Positions 63,970 through 64,000 of a DNA stretch of 64,000 nt are shown here, piece after piece (within the stretch, counting starts at the first letter, position 1; each line of letters starts with the position of its first letter). The notes below the pieces were generated by a model. The model ran no database searches. It saw nothing but the letters and a program-made list of their open reading frames with translations, and had not been told where the DNA came from. A program made the position numbers and the translations under genes. Source of the stretch: Thermoplasmata archaeon (GTDB lineage: Archaea; Thermoplasmatota; Thermoplasmata; Lutacidiplasmatales; UBA184); assembly GCA_028864975.1 (NCBI GenBank), contig JAGWLG010000014.1:12613-76612 (forward strand). The letters are read 5' to 3'.

Positions 63970-64000
63970 CCCATCGAGCGCAACTCCGTCCGCAAGCCCC

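Noticed and set aside
1-64000. CRISPR array, transposase, integrase, rRNA, or stop-codon recoding (Sec/Pyl)
   Set aside because: By eye I saw no regularly spaced repeats, no recombinase or transposase motifs, no rRNA signatures, and no recognisable gene split by an in-frame stop. A computational scan could still find short or degenerate cases.

Overview
High-GC archaeal chromosome segment, most likely Thermoplasmata. This is an inference from the archaeal RpoK, the translin-like and DUF357 genes, a split transketolase with an Fsa-type transaldolase, TATA boxes and a tRNA without encoded CCA. I find about 60 CDS and one tRNA-Gly(GCC). I saw no rRNA, CRISPR array, integrase or transposase. The flanks are housekeeping. 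Left flank: class V aminotransferase with SerA, a MoxR/DUF58/DUF4129 membrane operon, a GNAT with an OSBS/N-acylamino-acid racemase, a GHMP sugar kinase and Acs. Right flank: IT-family transporter with an RCK K+ channel, RpoK, MarR, MTAP, translin, non-oxidative pentose phosphate genes, Nfo and Tdh-Kbl. The middle holds two less GC-rich surface-glycan loci (about 14.4-33.1 kb and 35.9-49.3 kb) separated by TrmI, a Nudix hydrolase and the tRNA. The most interesting signal is a candidate extracytoplasmic, lipid-linked glycan decoration system. It has two polyprenol-phosphate sugar synthase-like GT2s, one apparently fused to a DUF2304-like membrane domain. It has five large polytopic GT-C-like proteins: two paralogues with a C-terminal CBM-like beta-sandwich and three tandem DUF2079-like paralogues. 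It also has four methyltransferases, two acetyltransferases, an amino-sugar aminotransferase/oxidoreductase pair and a sequon-rich secreted protein. All family assignments come from motif recognition by eye, with no database search. Start codons are best guesses.
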